Under the pieces are notes generated by a model, which saw only the letters and a list, made by a program, of their open reading frames with translations, was not told the DNA's origin and did not search any database. A DNA stretch of 64,000 bases from Oscillospiraceae bacterium (lineage in GTDB: Bacteria > Bacillota > Clostridia > Oscillospirales > Ruminococcaceae): contig WRBI01000009.1 of NCBI GenBank assembly GCA_009784625.1, positions 727 to 64,726 on the forward strand. Reading direction: 5' to 3'. Shown here piece after piece: positions 26,935 through 36,131 of the stretch. Position 1 is the stretch's first letter; each line of letters starts with the position of its first letter. A program made the translations under genes and the position numbers.

Positions 26935-26988
26935 ATTATACCATGAGCACAGCCATGGTATAATTGGCCATCGCCGTAGGCGCGGCCA
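26935..26988. other. Two additional stable hairpins downstream of the ddl terminator
   Basis: ATTATACCATG-N8-CATGGTATAAT (26935-26964) and TGGCCATCGCC-GTA-GGCGCGGCCA (26965-26988). Confidence 0.6.
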
Positions 26989-26999
26989 TTAAAATCCGT

Positions 27000-27029
27000 A
27001 TAATGTTCACGCCTTTCAGTGAACATTAT
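27000..27029 (-). terminator. ddl intrinsic terminator
   Basis: An 11-bp stem ATAATGTTCAC / GTGAACATTAT, followed on the minus strand by ACGGATTTT. It lies 12 nt after the ddl stop. Confidence 0.7.
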
Positions 27030-27040
27030 ATCACATAAGA

Positions 27041-28108
27041 TCAAGAATCGGAAGAGCGTTCGAGCGCGTATTCGAGCAAAGCCGAAATCAAGCGGCTGTA
27101 AGCCATCCCCGAAGCCTCAAACAGCTTGGGGAACATGCTGATCGAAGTAAAACCGGGGATGGTGTTGATCTCGTTGAGCAAGACCTCACCGTCAGCCTTT
27201 AAGAAAAAATCAACCCGCGCGAAACCCTCACAACACATGACTTTATAAGCTTTGGCGGCGATTTCCCGCATACGTGCGGCGGCCGCTTCGTCAATCTCGG
27301 CGGGTATGTAAAGCTTTGCGCTGTCGTCCAGGTATTTGGCCTCGTAGTCGTAAAATCCGGCGGTCGGCACGATTTCGCCCGTCATCTGCGCGATGATCGG
27401 GGTCTCGTTCCCGATGGCTGAGCACTCGATCTCCCGGCCGATGACTTCTTGTTCGACCACCACTTTTTTGTCATGTTCAAAGGCAAGCGCCAGCGCTTCG
27501 GCCAGTTCGGCACTGTTCTCCGCCCGGCTGACCCCAACCGACGAACCCGCGTTGGCAGGCTTGACAAACATGGGATACCCCAGCTCAGCAGCCAGGCGGC
27601 GTTCCAGCCCGGCAAAGTCGGCCATCTCACCTTGATAAACAACCATAAGTCCGGTCTTTTTGATCCCTGCTCCGGTTAGCAGGGAATGGGCAACCCCTTT
27701 GTCCATGCAAAGCGCGCTCGACAATACGCCGCAGCCCACATACGGGATCCCGGCCAGCTCCAAAAGCCCCTGGATGGTTCCGTCCTCGCCGTTTTTGCCG
27801 TGCAGGACACCGAATACAACGTCCAGCTTGACCGGCTGCGGGCCGTCTTCTTCCAGAAGCAAAAGCCCGCCGTGGCTGCGGTCAGGGGAGATGACAGCCG
27901 GTATTGTCTGCCCCGAAGCCTCCCACTGCCCGGTTGGGATGCGCGACTGCTCGCCCTGATAACAGAGCCACCGCCCGTCTTTGGTAATCCCCAGCATGAC
28001 CACGCTGTACGCCGATCTGTCAATATTTTCAAGCACCGAAAACGCCGAGCGCAGCGAAACCTCGTGCTCGCTGCTCACCCCGCCAAACACGATACACAAT
28101 GTCTTCAT
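27041..28108 (-). CDS. ddl: D-alanine--D-alanine ligase
   Basis: Start at ATG 28108 (MKTLCIVFGGVSSEHEVSLRS) with a GGAGGT RBS. ATP-grasp fold; 355 aa. The ORF-track extension to 28324 has no support. Confidence 0.95.
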   Translation of the reverse strand: MKTLCIVFGGVSSEHEVSLRSAFSVLENIDRSAYSVVMLGITKDGRWLCYQGEQSRIPTGQWEASGQTIPAVISPDRSHGGLLLLEEDGPQPVKLDVVFGVLHGKNGEDGTIQGLLELAGIPYVGCGVLSSALCMDKGVAHSLLTGAGIKKTGLMVVYQGEMADFAGLERRLAAELGYPMFVKPANAGSSVGVSRAENSAELAEALALAFEHDKKVVVEQEVIGREIECSAIGNETPIIAQMTGEIVPTAGFYDYEAKYLDDSAKLYIPAEIDEAAAARMREIAAKAYKVMCCEGFARVDFFLKADGEVLLNEINTIPGFTSISMFPKLFEASGMAYSRLISALLEYALERSSDS

Positions 28109-28229
28109 GCCAATACCTCCTAACGCTATGCAATTTACAATGATACCACAAATCCGACCGAGAGAAAAGCCGAAATCACGGTATTGTATACAACATATGC
28201 GCAATCCGGCAAAAATTTTCCAAAGCAGC

Positions 28230-28258
28230 TTGACTGTCCAGCCAATATATGCTATAGT
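28230..28258 (+). promoter_or_regulatory. Sigma-A type promoter for rpmG-secE-nusG
   Basis: TTGACT (28230-28235), 17-nt spacer, TATAGT (28253-28258). Confidence 0.55.
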
Positions 28259-28404
28259 TGTATCACCTGAAAAGGGTTTATTTTTTTGTGCAAAAAAGCA
28301 TAGACAAATAAATCGGGGAAACAAGGGCGCGAGAGCGCATGGTGAAGCGTTTGTCGCCGCTCTGTTGTTTTCTATTTTCTAACTACGAACTGGAGGGCCT
28401 TAAC

Positions 28405-28554
28405 GTGAGAGTGAAAGTTACACTTTCTTGCACTGAGTGCAAACAACGCAATTACAACACCATGAAGAACAAAAAGAACGACCCCGACCGCCTGGAAATG
28501 AGCAAGTTCTGCCGTTTCTGCCGCAAACACACACCTCATAAAGAAACGAAGTAA
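28405..28554 (+). CDS. rpmG: 50S ribosomal protein L33
   Basis: GTG start after a GGAGGG RBS. (M)[48 protein letters not shown]; 49 aa. Confidence 0.93.
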   Translation: MRVKVTLSCTECKQRNYNTMKNKKNDPDRLEMSKFCRFCRKHTPHKETK

Positions 28555-28590
28555 TATCGCGGTAACAGCGTGGAAAGGTAGTGTTTTATT

Positions 28591-28824
28591 GTGTCTAACC
28601 AAAACACAGGCGCCGAGGCCGTCAAAAAGCCGGGCGTATTCAGCCGGATTGGCCGCGGCTTTAGAAATATGCGCGGCGAGATGAGCCGCGTAGTCTGGCC
28701 CAGCCGCAAACAGGTCATGAACAACACCGCCGTTGTGCTCGTCTTTATGGCGATCGCGGCGGTGATCATCGGCGGATTTGACACCGGGCTTTCCTGGATT
28801 CTCAGGCAGGCTTTTGGCGCGTAA
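28591..28824 (+). CDS. secE: Preprotein translocase subunit SecE
   Basis: 77 aa with GTG start. Conserved RGEMSRVVWPSRKQV followed by a single TM helix. Confidence 0.9.
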   Translation: MSNQNTGAEAVKKPGVFSRIGRGFRNMRGEMSRVVWPSRKQVMNNTAVVLVFMAIAAVIIGGFDTGLSWILRQAFGA

Positions 28825-28842
28825 CGTAAAAGGGGCGAAGTA

Positions 28843-29361
28843 ATGTCTGACGCCAAGTGGTATGTGGTACACACCTATTCCGGGTACGAGAATAAAGTGG
28901 CCACCAACATCGAAAAAGCGGTTGAAAACCGCAAGCTCCACGATCTGATTCAAGAAGTGCAAGTCCCCACCGAGACTGTTGTCGAGGTCAAGGACAACAA
29001 AAAGCGGGAAGTCGAGCGCAAGATATACCCCGGCTATGTGATGGTCAAGATGATTATGACCGACGACAGCTGGTATGTCGTCCGCAACATACGCGGGGTG
29101 ACCGGTTTTGTCGGCCCGGGCAGCCGCCCGGTTCCGCTTAGCAACGAAGAAGTGGCCAAGCTGGGCGTCGAGACCAAAGAGATTGTGGTCGATTTCGCGG
29201 TTGGCGACTCGGTCAAAGTATCCGCCGGGTATCTCGAAGGCTTCATCGGCACGGTTGAATCAATCGAGCTGGAAAAAGAAATGCTGCACGTGTCCGTTTC
29301 CATGATGGGCAAGGACGTACTGGTCGAGCTTGGGCTGGATCAAGTACAGACATTGAGCTAG
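28843..29361 (+). CDS. nusG: Transcription termination/antitermination factor NusG
   Basis: 172 aa with KWYVVHTYSGYENKV NGN domain and a C-terminal KOW (GDSVKVSAGYLEGFIGTV). Confidence 0.96.
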   Translation: MSDAKWYVVHTYSGYENKVATNIEKAVENRKLHDLIQEVQVPTETVVEVKDNKKREVERKIYPGYVMVKMIMTDDSWYVVRNIRGVTGFVGPGSRPVPLSNEEVAKLGVETKEIVVDFAVGDSVKVSAGYLEGFIGTVESIELEKEMLHVSVSMMGKDVLVELGLDQVQTLS

Positions 29362-29368
29362 TTTTCTT

Positions 29369-29480
29369 CAATTAACAATTATCAATTAACAATGAATGTA
29401 TCGCTACGCGATGATTTTAAGTAATGTCTGCGGTAGCGGACGCCATCATTGTTAATTATTAATTGATAATTGTTAATTGC
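29369..29480. repeat. Long imperfect palindromic intergenic element, copy B (nusG-rplK spacer)
   Basis: Arms CAATTAACAATTATCAATTAACAATGA / TCATTGTTAATTATTAATTGATAATTGTTAATTG. GC boxes ATCGCTACGCGAT / TGCGGTAGCGGA. Same architecture as copy A. Confidence 0.8.
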
Positions 29481-29552
29481 TGAATGTGGGAGAGGCCATG
29501 CCGCTTGCGGCTTGCCCTCGCCAACACCACTATATTTGGAGGTTAAAAGCAA

Positions 29553-29978
29553 ATGGCACAAAAGGCAATCGGCTTTATCAAGCTGCAAATCCCTGCGGGC
29601 AAAGCAACGCCCGCGCCGCCGGTCGGCCCGGCCCTCGGCCAACACGGCGTAAACATCATGCAATTCACCAAGGACTTCAACGAGCGCACAAAAAATGATA
29701 TTGGGCTGGTTATTCCGGTCGTTATCACCGTCTACGCTGACCGCTCGTTCAGCTTTATCACCAAGACCCCGCCCGCCCCCGTCTTGATCAAAAAGGCACT
29801 CGGGATCGACAAAGCCTCGGGCGAGCCGAACAAAACAAAAGTCGGAACCCTCAAAAAAGATCAGGTCAAAGCGATCGCCGAGCAAAAAGCACCCGACCTC
29901 AATTCGGGCAGCATAGAGGCCGCTATGAGCATGATCAAAGGCACTGCCCGCAGTATGGGCATCCTAGTGGAAGAATAG
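29553..29978 (+). CDS. rplK: 50S ribosomal protein L11
   Basis: 141 aa; [28 protein letters not shown]. Confidence 0.97.
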   Translation: MAQKAIGFIKLQIPAGKATPAPPVGPALGQHGVNIMQFTKDFNERTKNDIGLVIPVVITVYADRSFSFITKTPPAPVLIKKALGIDKASGEPNKTKVGTLKKDQVKAIAEQKAPDLNSGSIEAAMSMIKGTARSMGILVEE

Positions 29979-29990
29979 GGGGCGGGGTAA

Positions 29991-30686
29991 ATGAAAAGAG
30001 GAAAAAAATACAACGAGAGCCAAGCTCTCTTTGATCGCGTGACTCTGCACGATATCACCGATGGTTTGGGCGTTTGCCTGAAGACCGCCAAAGCCAAGTT
30101 CGACGAGTCGGTCGAGTTGCATGTGCGTTTGGGCGTTGACTCCCGCCACGCAGACCAACAGGTTCGCGGTGCGGTTGTACTTCCCAACGGAACCGGTAAA
30201 AGTGTGCGCGTATTGGTATTCTGCAAAGGCGACAATGTGGCCGCCGCCCAGGAGGCAGGCGCCGAGCATGTTGGTGCAGAAGACATGGTAGAACGGATTC
30301 AAAAAGAGGGCTGGATGGAGTTCGACGTGGTCATCGCATCCCCCGACATGATGGGTCTGGTTGGCCGTTTGGGTAAAATTCTCGGCCCGCGCGGGTTGAT
30401 GCCGAACCCCAAAGCCGGTACTGTAACCCCCGATGTCGCCAAAGCGGTCATCGACGCCAAAGCCGGTAAGATCGAGTATCGCTTGGATAAAACCAACATC
30501 ATCCACTGCCCGATCGGAAAAGTTTCGTTCGGTGTTGAGAAGCTTCAAGAAAACCTGGCCGCGCTGATGGATGCCATCGTCAAAGCAAAGCCAGCCGCCG
30601 CCAAAGGGCAATACGTCAAGAGCTGTGTGGTGGCCTGCACCATGGGCCCCGGCGTAAAGATCAATCCTTCGCGGTTCATTCCTTAA
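29991..30686 (+). CDS. rplA: 50S ribosomal protein L1
   Basis: 231 aa; L1 family throughout. Confidence 0.97.
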   Translation: MKRGKKYNESQALFDRVTLHDITDGLGVCLKTAKAKFDESVELHVRLGVDSRHADQQVRGAVVLPNGTGKSVRVLVFCKGDNVAAAQEAGAEHVGAEDMVERIQKEGWMEFDVVIASPDMMGLVGRLGKILGPRGLMPNPKAGTVTPDVAKAVIDAKAGKIEYRLDKTNIIHCPIGKVSFGVEKLQENLAALMDAIVKAKPAAAKGQYVKSCVVACTMGPGVKINPSRFIP

Positions 30687-30703
30687 TCGAAAAGCAGATG
30701 CAA

Positions 30704-30733
30704 AAACATCTTCCGACCGGGAGATGTTTTTTT
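30704..30733 (+). terminator. rplA intrinsic terminator
   Basis: Stem AAACATCT / AGATGTTT with a 10-nt loop and a T7 tail. Confidence 0.75.
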
Positions 30734-30784
30734 GCGCCGATTTGTGAATCTTCGTTTGCAATTCACATTTATATGATAATAATG

Positions 30785-30820
30785 AACAGCGCAGGCCACA
30801 AAAACGTGACCTGCGCTGTT
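30785..30820 (-). terminator. tsf intrinsic terminator
   Basis: An 11-bp stem AACAGCGCAGG / CCTGCGCTGTT, 10 nt after the tsf stop, with a T-rich minus-strand tail. Confidence 0.7.
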
Positions 30821-30830
30821 TGTCTGACTA

Positions 30831-31733
30831 TTACTGCATCATACCGGCGACTTCGTCCGCGAAGTTCTCTTCTTTCTTCTCAAGGCCTTCGCCTTTTTCG
30901 AAGCGGGCGAATTTGATAACTTTGATTGCGCCGCTAAGGCTTTCGGCAGTCGCTTTGGTGTATCCGGCCACCGACTGGTCGGGGTCTTTGACAAAAGGCT
31001 GCTCAAGCAGGCAGAACTCTTTGTAGTACTTGCTGATTCGCCCGGCCACCATCTTTTCGGCGATGTTTTGGGGTTTGCCCTCGTTCATCGCTTGGGCGGT
31101 GAGGATTTCTTTCTCCTTGGCGATGGTCTCTTCGGGAACGTTTTCTTTCCCGACGTAAAGCGGGCCGGCCGCCGCGATCTGCATAGCTACGTCTTTGGCG
31201 TAAGCTTCGAACTCGGGTTTGCCGCCCAGGTCAGTCTCAAAGTTGACCAGGACGCCGATCCGGCCGCCGCCGTGTACATAGCTGATGTTCGTACCCTCAT
31301 ATCGGACAAAGCGGCGGATTTTGATGTTTTCGCCGATGACCAGAATCTTTTCGCGCAGTGTGTCAGCAACCGACTCGCTGCCACCCGCGATGGTCAGGGC
31401 AAGAAGCGCGTCCACGTCGGCGGGGTTCTGATCGAGGATGGTCTGGGCAACGGTGTCTACAAAGGACATAAAATCCGCGTTTTTGGCGACAAAGTCGGTC
31501 TCGGCGTTGACTTCAACGGCTACGCCGACATTGCCTGCGGTTTTGGAAAGGACAACGCCTTCGGCGGCAATCCGTCCGGCTTTTTTGGCGGCGGCGGACA
31601 ACCCTTTTTCCCGAAGAAGCTGGATAGCCGCTTCCATGTCACCGTTCGCTTCGGTCAAAGCTTTTTTGCACTCCATCATGCCAACGCCGGTTTTTTCACG
31701 CAGCGCTTGAACATCTTTCGCTGTAAAGGCCAT
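30831..31733 (-). CDS. tsf: Elongation factor Ts
   Basis: 300 aa; UBA-like N-terminus VQALREKTGVGMMECKKAL. Confidence 0.97.
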   Translation of the reverse strand: MAFTAKDVQALREKTGVGMMECKKALTEANGDMEAAIQLLREKGLSAAAKKAGRIAAEGVVLSKTAGNVGVAVEVNAETDFVAKNADFMSFVDTVAQTILDQNPADVDALLALTIAGGSESVADTLREKILVIGENIKIRRFVRYEGTNISYVHGGGRIGVLVNFETDLGGKPEFEAYAKDVAMQIAAAGPLYVGKENVPEETIAKEKEILTAQAMNEGKPQNIAEKMVAGRISKYYKEFCLLEQPFVKDPDQSVAGYTKATAESLSGAIKVIKFARFEKGEGLEKKEENFADEVAGMMQ

Positions 31734-31779
31734 TCTAAATAACTCCCTCTATATCAATCTCATTGTGTGTTGTTGTCAA

Positions 31780-32538
31780 TTAAAATTGTTTTGCCGCTTC
31801 GGCTTTTTCTTCGGCGTGGTCGGCTTCTTCCTGCTCGGCTGCTGCTGCTGCATCCATACCTTGGCGGCCTTCGATCAAGGCGTTGGCCATCACCTGGCTG
31901 ATCAGCTTAACGGCGCGGATCGCATCGTCGTTGCCCGGGATGATATAGTCGATGTCGTCCGGGTCACAGTTTGTGTCAACGATGGCGACAACCGGAATAT
32001 CCAGCTTTTTGGCTTCGGCAACCGCGATTTTTTCTTTACGCGGGTCAACGACGAACATAGCGCCCGGCAGTTTGTCCATTGTCTTGATGCCGCCCAGGAA
32101 CTTCTCAAGCTTCTCGATTTCGAGGTTGAGCTTGGCGACTTCTTTTTTGGTCAGGGCGTCGAATGTGCCGTCCTCCTGCATGGTGCGCAGGCGGGCAAGG
32201 CGGTTGATCCGGGTGCGGATGGTGCTCCAGTTGGTCAGCATCCCGCCCAGCCAGCGGGCGTTTACATAGTGCGCCCCGGCGCGGATCGCCTCTTCGCGGA
32301 TCGAGTCACCGGCTTGCTTTTTTGTTCCGACAAAGAGCAGGGTCTGCCCGTTCTCGGAAATCTCGCGGACAAAATTGTATGCGTCCTCAAGTTTCTTAAC
32401 GGTCTTTTGCAGGTCGATGATGTAGATCCCGTTGCGCTCGGTGAAGATATAAGGCGCCATTTTTGGGTTCCACCGTCTGGTTTGGTGCCCGAAGTGTACA
32501 CCGGCTTCCAGCAGCTGTTTCATGGATACGATGCTCAT
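31780..32538 (-). CDS. rpsB: 30S ribosomal protein S2
   Basis: Start at ATG 32538 ([27 protein letters not shown]) with an AAAGGAGG RBS. 252 aa with an acidic C-terminal tail. The ORF-track extension to 32772 is leader sequence. Confidence 0.96.
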   Translation of the reverse strand: MSIVSMKQLLEAGVHFGHQTRRWNPKMAPYIFTERNGIYIIDLQKTVKKLEDAYNFVREISENGQTLLFVGTKKQAGDSIREEAIRAGAHYVNARWLGGMLTNWSTIRTRINRLARLRTMQEDGTFDALTKKEVAKLNLEIEKLEKFLGGIKTMDKLPGAMFVVDPRKEKIAVAEAKKLDIPVVAIVDTNCDPDDIDYIIPGNDDAIRAVKLISQVMANALIEGRQGMDAAAAAEQEEADHAEEKAEAAKQF

Positions 32539-32662
32539 TTTTACAAATCCTCCTTTGGTTGTGTCCGCCGCCGGGTGGATATCTTCCGGCAAAGCCCGCA
32601 AAAACCGCAGGCCACCTTGCCGAACCGCACCCAGCGTGTGGAATGTTTGACGTGTATCGTTC

Positions 32663-32691
32663 AATATACCATATTTTTCGCGCAAATGCAA
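32663..32691 (-). promoter_or_regulatory. Sigma-A promoter (extended -10) for rpsB-tsf, followed by a leader of about 115 nt
   Basis: On the minus strand: TTGCAT, 17-nt spacer, TATATT preceded by TGG. The leader can form nested helices GGGTG..CACCC and CGGCAA..TTGCCG. Confidence 0.55.
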
Positions 32692-32804
32692 CTGATTTTC
32701 TCTTATGAGTGCCAAAATTTGTTTTTTTGTTACCGGGTGTAATGTTTGGCGGTGCGTGCCGGTTTTATTCACGAAAGGATATTGCCGGAGCCTGTACTTT
32801 CCTC

Positions 32805-32833
32805 TTGGTTTTTTGGCCGGGGTGTGTTATAAT
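32805..32833 (+). promoter_or_regulatory. Candidate extended -10 promoter for the surface-protein gene
   Basis: TTGGTT, 17-nt spacer, TG-T-TATAAT (32828-32833). Confidence 0.4.
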
Positions 32834-32904
32834 GTATCTGGACTGTAGAGTATGGGATATTGTTTCCCCGGCTCTACTCCCAAAGCTTTTGGAGGGCTTG
32901 AGAG

Positions 32905-35900
32905 ATGAAACGTATACTTAGCTTACTGATTGCCGCTATCATGGTGGCCACAATTTTACCGATTGACGCCGACGCGCGATTTCCCGGGCGGCCGCGGCCG
33001 ACTCCGCCTCCCCAAACGAGTGAGGAGGCCCCCGCGCCAACGCCGCCGGCACCGCGACCGGCGCCGCGCACAGCCACGCCTGCGCCCGCGAACGAGGTGA
33101 CGCCTGTGCCTGCGGATGACCCTGACCCGCCGCCGGTACCGGGGCCGTGGACGGTGACGTTTAATACCGGACGCACTGACTGGACTGTACAACCGTTAAC
33201 CGGCACTACAGCTGTTGTGAATGGCGCGTTCATTACTGAGCCGACCGCCGGTCGCCCTACACCCGCTGATTATACATTTGAGGGCTGGTATGATGGCCCC
33301 AATTTCACCACTGCGACCCGATGGGTCTTTTCCACGATGCCCGTAACAGGAGATTTGAATCTTCATGCGCGGTGGGAACCAGTCATGCGTAGAGTTGACT
33401 TTGTTACTGGCTCGGGTAGCGGAGATCCAAATTCTCACGCAATGATTCATCACGGCACTCAGATCCCTCCTATCCATTTGATGTCACCTCTCCCAATCCC
33501 AGACCCGGTTCACAGTTCCCTCGATTTGTGGCGATTTGATGGTTGGTACAATGGTGATACCCGATGGGTGTCAGGTAATCCCGTAACCGAAAACATCACG
33601 TTAACCGCACGGTGGACACAACGATTCCTTGTCGAGTTTAGACCGAATGCCAATGTGCCAGCCGCAGGAGAACTTACTCCTACATCTCAAACGGGGGCTC
33701 TATCAAATGGGAGTTTGTTTCGTCGTGTCCCTAGCGGTGATACAATAGCTGACTCAGGCCCTTGGCCTACAGTTCGATCCACCCACCCTGAATATGGATT
33801 TGAAGGGTCTGTTGCGAATCGAAATCGCTGGAGTAACAGCAGAAACGAAAACCCTAATATGTGGCGCGAAAATGTCAATGGCACTTTGGCGACTACAGAT
33901 TTACTTCCCAACACCCCAGTTACCCGTAATATGGTGATAGACGCCATATGGCTTCCGGTACATATAGTCACTTTAGATCCCAGCGATGGTGGTTTTGTGG
34001 GTGACTCAGAAACCAGAAGAGTTGTCCATAACGATCAGATTGGAGCACTTCCGATGCCCAGCCGTGCCGGGCATCGCTTTCTCCGGTGGGAGACAACCGG
34101 CGGCACTGTATATACGGCAACCACGCAAGTCGAGCTTGGTACGGGTGTGCTTATGCCGCAAGCATTAACGCTTCGCGCCATATGGACGAATCAAGCCGCT
34201 TCGCACGAAGTTACATTCGAGTTAGATGGCGGCAACATTAACGGGAACACTGACGATGTTATACGAATTGTTGCCAGCGGTGGGATCGTGCAACCACCCC
34301 TGCCGCCGGTACGCGATGGCTTTAGGTTTCTCGGGTGGACTTCGGAGACAGCTCTCCAGTTGCCTATAACCGCCGATAGAACCTTTACAGCCCGATGGGA
34401 AACTGCCCCCGGTCCGTGGGATGTTATGTTTAATCTAGGCCCCGGTACACAGACCGGCGGTGGTGCGCTTGTACAAAGCATTAATCATAACGCTGGCGCA
34501 ACGCTTCCGACCGCAACGCGGACGGGTTATTTTCTTAACGGCTGGCAATCTACACCGACCGGTATGTTTACGAATCAGATCACAGGTAACGTTATGTTTA
34601 CCGCTATATGGGAACCAACCGGCGCAGGCGGTGGAGGCGGCGGAAACGGCGGTGGCACAGACCCCGGCGACCCCGGCCCCGACCCAGGCACTCCCGGTGC
34701 CGGTCAATTTCAAGTTACCTTTATCCCGAACGGCGGTACCCGCACCGGCGGCGGTGCGCTTGTGCAAAACATCAATAGCGGCGCGGCGGCACAGCTTCCG
34801 ACCATTACCCCGCCAAGCGGTCAGGAGTTTGTCAGCTGGCAGTCCAACGTGGCCGGCATGACGCCCGGCAACATCACCGGCACTGTCACGTTTACCGCCC
34901 AGTGGAGGCCGGCAGGCGGAGGTGGCGGTGGCGGCGGTGGCGGAACCGGCACAACCGGCGGCCGCATCACCGGCGTCAACACCGGCAGCAATCTTGATTT
35001 GGGCAACAACATCTTCTTCCACCGGCGGGGCAGCAACACGGCCATGACCGGCAGCTGGGAGAGCAACATCGACGACACCCGCCCGGGGGATGAATTGCGC
35101 ATCCACCTTCACCCCGACATGTTTGAGTGGGCAGATGGCAATCAGCCCCAGTTTGTTACCCGAAATCATTTGGCCAGCGCAAACCCCAGAATCACGGCGG
35201 GCTTTAACAGAACCGGCTTTGACGCGGTGCGCGATGTTGAGATCAGAAACGGCGCGAACGCGAACGCAAACGCGATCTTGGTTGTGCGCTTTGTCGATTC
35301 GTTCAACAGCACCCGGGACAGAAACTACCGCGCGACCATCTTCCTGCGGGAAGGCAACCGCCGGATCGGCGCAACCGACCTGTCGGTCGACGGGTATATG
35401 CGCGTGAACGCCATGTACGTGGACAGCTACGACGATCTCGATCAAATTGACGGCCGCTGGACGCTGGACATGAGAGACAGTGAATACTCGGTTATCGCGG
35501 TGGGCAGCCGGACATTCCGCCGGGTGGATATCCTGCTCGATTACGGGGTAACGGTTATCACCCCGCTGCCGGCCAACCGCAATGTTGCGATCAGCACAAA
35601 CATGAACGAATCAAACCGCGATGAAGAAGTATATCTGCGGTACAACGCGGTGGTCTCACATGTGCATATCGAGCAGACCGGCCTGAACACCGCGAGCGCA
35701 AGGGTCCGGATCGATATTGACGAACACCCGATGGCCTGGTCGAGCAGGGCGCTTTCTATCCTGCCGATCAACATGCTGACCCTTTCGGTTCACTCGGGGA
35801 TCATGAGCACAAACGCAGGCCGCGGCTTCTTCCTGTATGACCGCGAGCGCAGGTTTGTCGGCCCGGCCGACCGCGAGGTCGACTTCTCGTCAACTTTCTA

Positions 35901-36051
35901 CATTACCGACCGGCGGATCAATATGAGCACCACCGGCGGCAGTGTTGGCATTGAAGACCCGCCGGAGGTTCCCAACTTCCCGACTTTGCCGGCCCCGCCT
36001 CCCGGCACCGGAAACAACAACATGAACCCAAGTACAGGCAGAGACGAATAA
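32905..36051 (+). CDS. Large secreted protein: signal peptide, Pro-rich spacer, about 7 Listeria-Bacteroides (Flg_new/InlB B-repeat type) modules, poly-Gly linkers, and a C-terminal domain of about 370 aa with unknown function
   Basis: Signal peptide MKRILSLLIAAIMVATILPIDADA. Recurrent modules F.GW....T.W......VT.N..L.A.W (for example FEGWYDGPNF...NLHARW, FRFLGWTSE...TFTARW). Linkers GAGGGGGGNGGG and AGGGGGGGGGGTG. A terminator follows directly. Confidence 0.8.
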   Translation: MKRILSLLIAAIMVATILPIDADARFPGRPRPTPPPQTSEEAPAPTPPAPRPAPRTATPAPANEVTPVPADDPDPPPVPGPWTVTFNTGRTDWTVQPLTGTTAVVNGAFITEPTAGRPTPADYTFEGWYDGPNFTTATRWVFSTMPVTGDLNLHARWEPVMRRVDFVTGSGSGDPNSHAMIHHGTQIPPIHLMSPLPIPDPVHSSLDLWRFDGWYNGDTRWVSGNPVTENITLTARWTQRFLVEFRPNANVPAAGELTPTSQTGALSNGSLFRRVPSGDTIADSGPWPTVRSTHPEYGFEGSVANRNRWSNSRNENPNMWRENVNGTLATTDLLPNTPVTRNMVIDAIWLPVHIVTLDPSDGGFVGDSETRRVVHNDQIGALPMPSRAGHRFLRWETTGGTVYTATTQVELGTGVLMPQALTLRAIWTNQAASHEVTFELDGGNINGNTDDVIRIVASGGIVQPPLPPVRDGFRFLGWTSETALQLPITADRTFTARWETAPGPWDVMFNLGPGTQTGGGALVQSINHNAGATLPTATRTGYFLNGWQSTPTGMFTNQITGNVMFTAIWEPTGAGGGGGGNGGGTDPGDPGPDPGTPGAGQFQVTFIPNGGTRTGGGALVQNINSGAAAQLPTITPPSGQEFVSWQSNVAGMTPGNITGTVTFTAQWRPAGGGGGGGGGGTGTTGGRITGVNTGSNLDLGNNIFFHRRGSNTAMTGSWESNIDDTRPGDELRIHLHPDMFEWADGNQPQFVTRNHLASANPRITAGFNRTGFDAVRDVEIRNGANANANAILVVRFVDSFNSTRDRNYRATIFLREGNRRIGATDLSVDGYMRVNAMYVDSYDDLDQIDGRWTLDMRDSEYSVIAVGSRTFRRVDILLDYGVTVITPLPANRNVAISTNMNESNRDEEVYLRYNAVVSHVHIEQTGLNTASARVRIDIDEHPMAWSSRALSILPINMLTLSVHSGIMSTNAGRGFFLYDRERRFVGPADREVDFSSTFYITDRRINMSTTGGSVGIEDPPEVPNFPTLPAPPPGTGNNNMNPSTGRDE

Positions 36052-36059
36052 TTACACAC

Positions 36060-36085
36060 AAAGCCCCGGCATTTGCCGGGGCTTT
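36060..36085. terminator. Bidirectional terminator between the surface-protein gene and the convergent 130-aa gene
   Basis: Stem AAAGCCCCGGC / GCCGGGGCTTT with loop ATTT. Confidence 0.8.
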
Positions 36086-36131
36086 GTTCTTTGGATTATA
36101 GAGAACCCTCGACTATGCCGGGGGATATTTA

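Noticed and set aside
28109-28324. N-terminal extensions offered by the ORF track (ddl to 28324, rpsB to 32772, aspS to 13440, pyrH to 47241, comM to 11417, and others)
   Set aside because: In each case the conserved protein N-terminus begins at an internal ATG or GTG with a good Shine-Dalgarno sequence. The extension runs through leader, promoter or terminator sequence and translates to non-protein-like peptide.
29487-29520. Hairpin GAGAGGCCATGCCGCTTGCGGCTTGCCCTC as an L1-binding autoregulatory leader of rplK-rplA
   Set aside because: The position is plausible, but I cannot verify similarity to the 23S rRNA L1 site or to any curated leader family without a search. It is mentioned only in context.
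34435-35445. 336-aa minus-strand ORF inside the surface-protein gene
   Set aside because: It is antisense to a well-supported repeat-protein gene. Its translation is Arg/Ala/Gly-rich low complexity, typical of stop-free antisense frames in GC-rich DNA, and it has no RBS.
36025-36051. C-terminal NPSTG as a sortase sorting signal
   Set aside because: The motif lies 4 residues from the stop codon with no hydrophobic segment or positively charged tail after it. It therefore does not form an LPxTG-type sorting signal.
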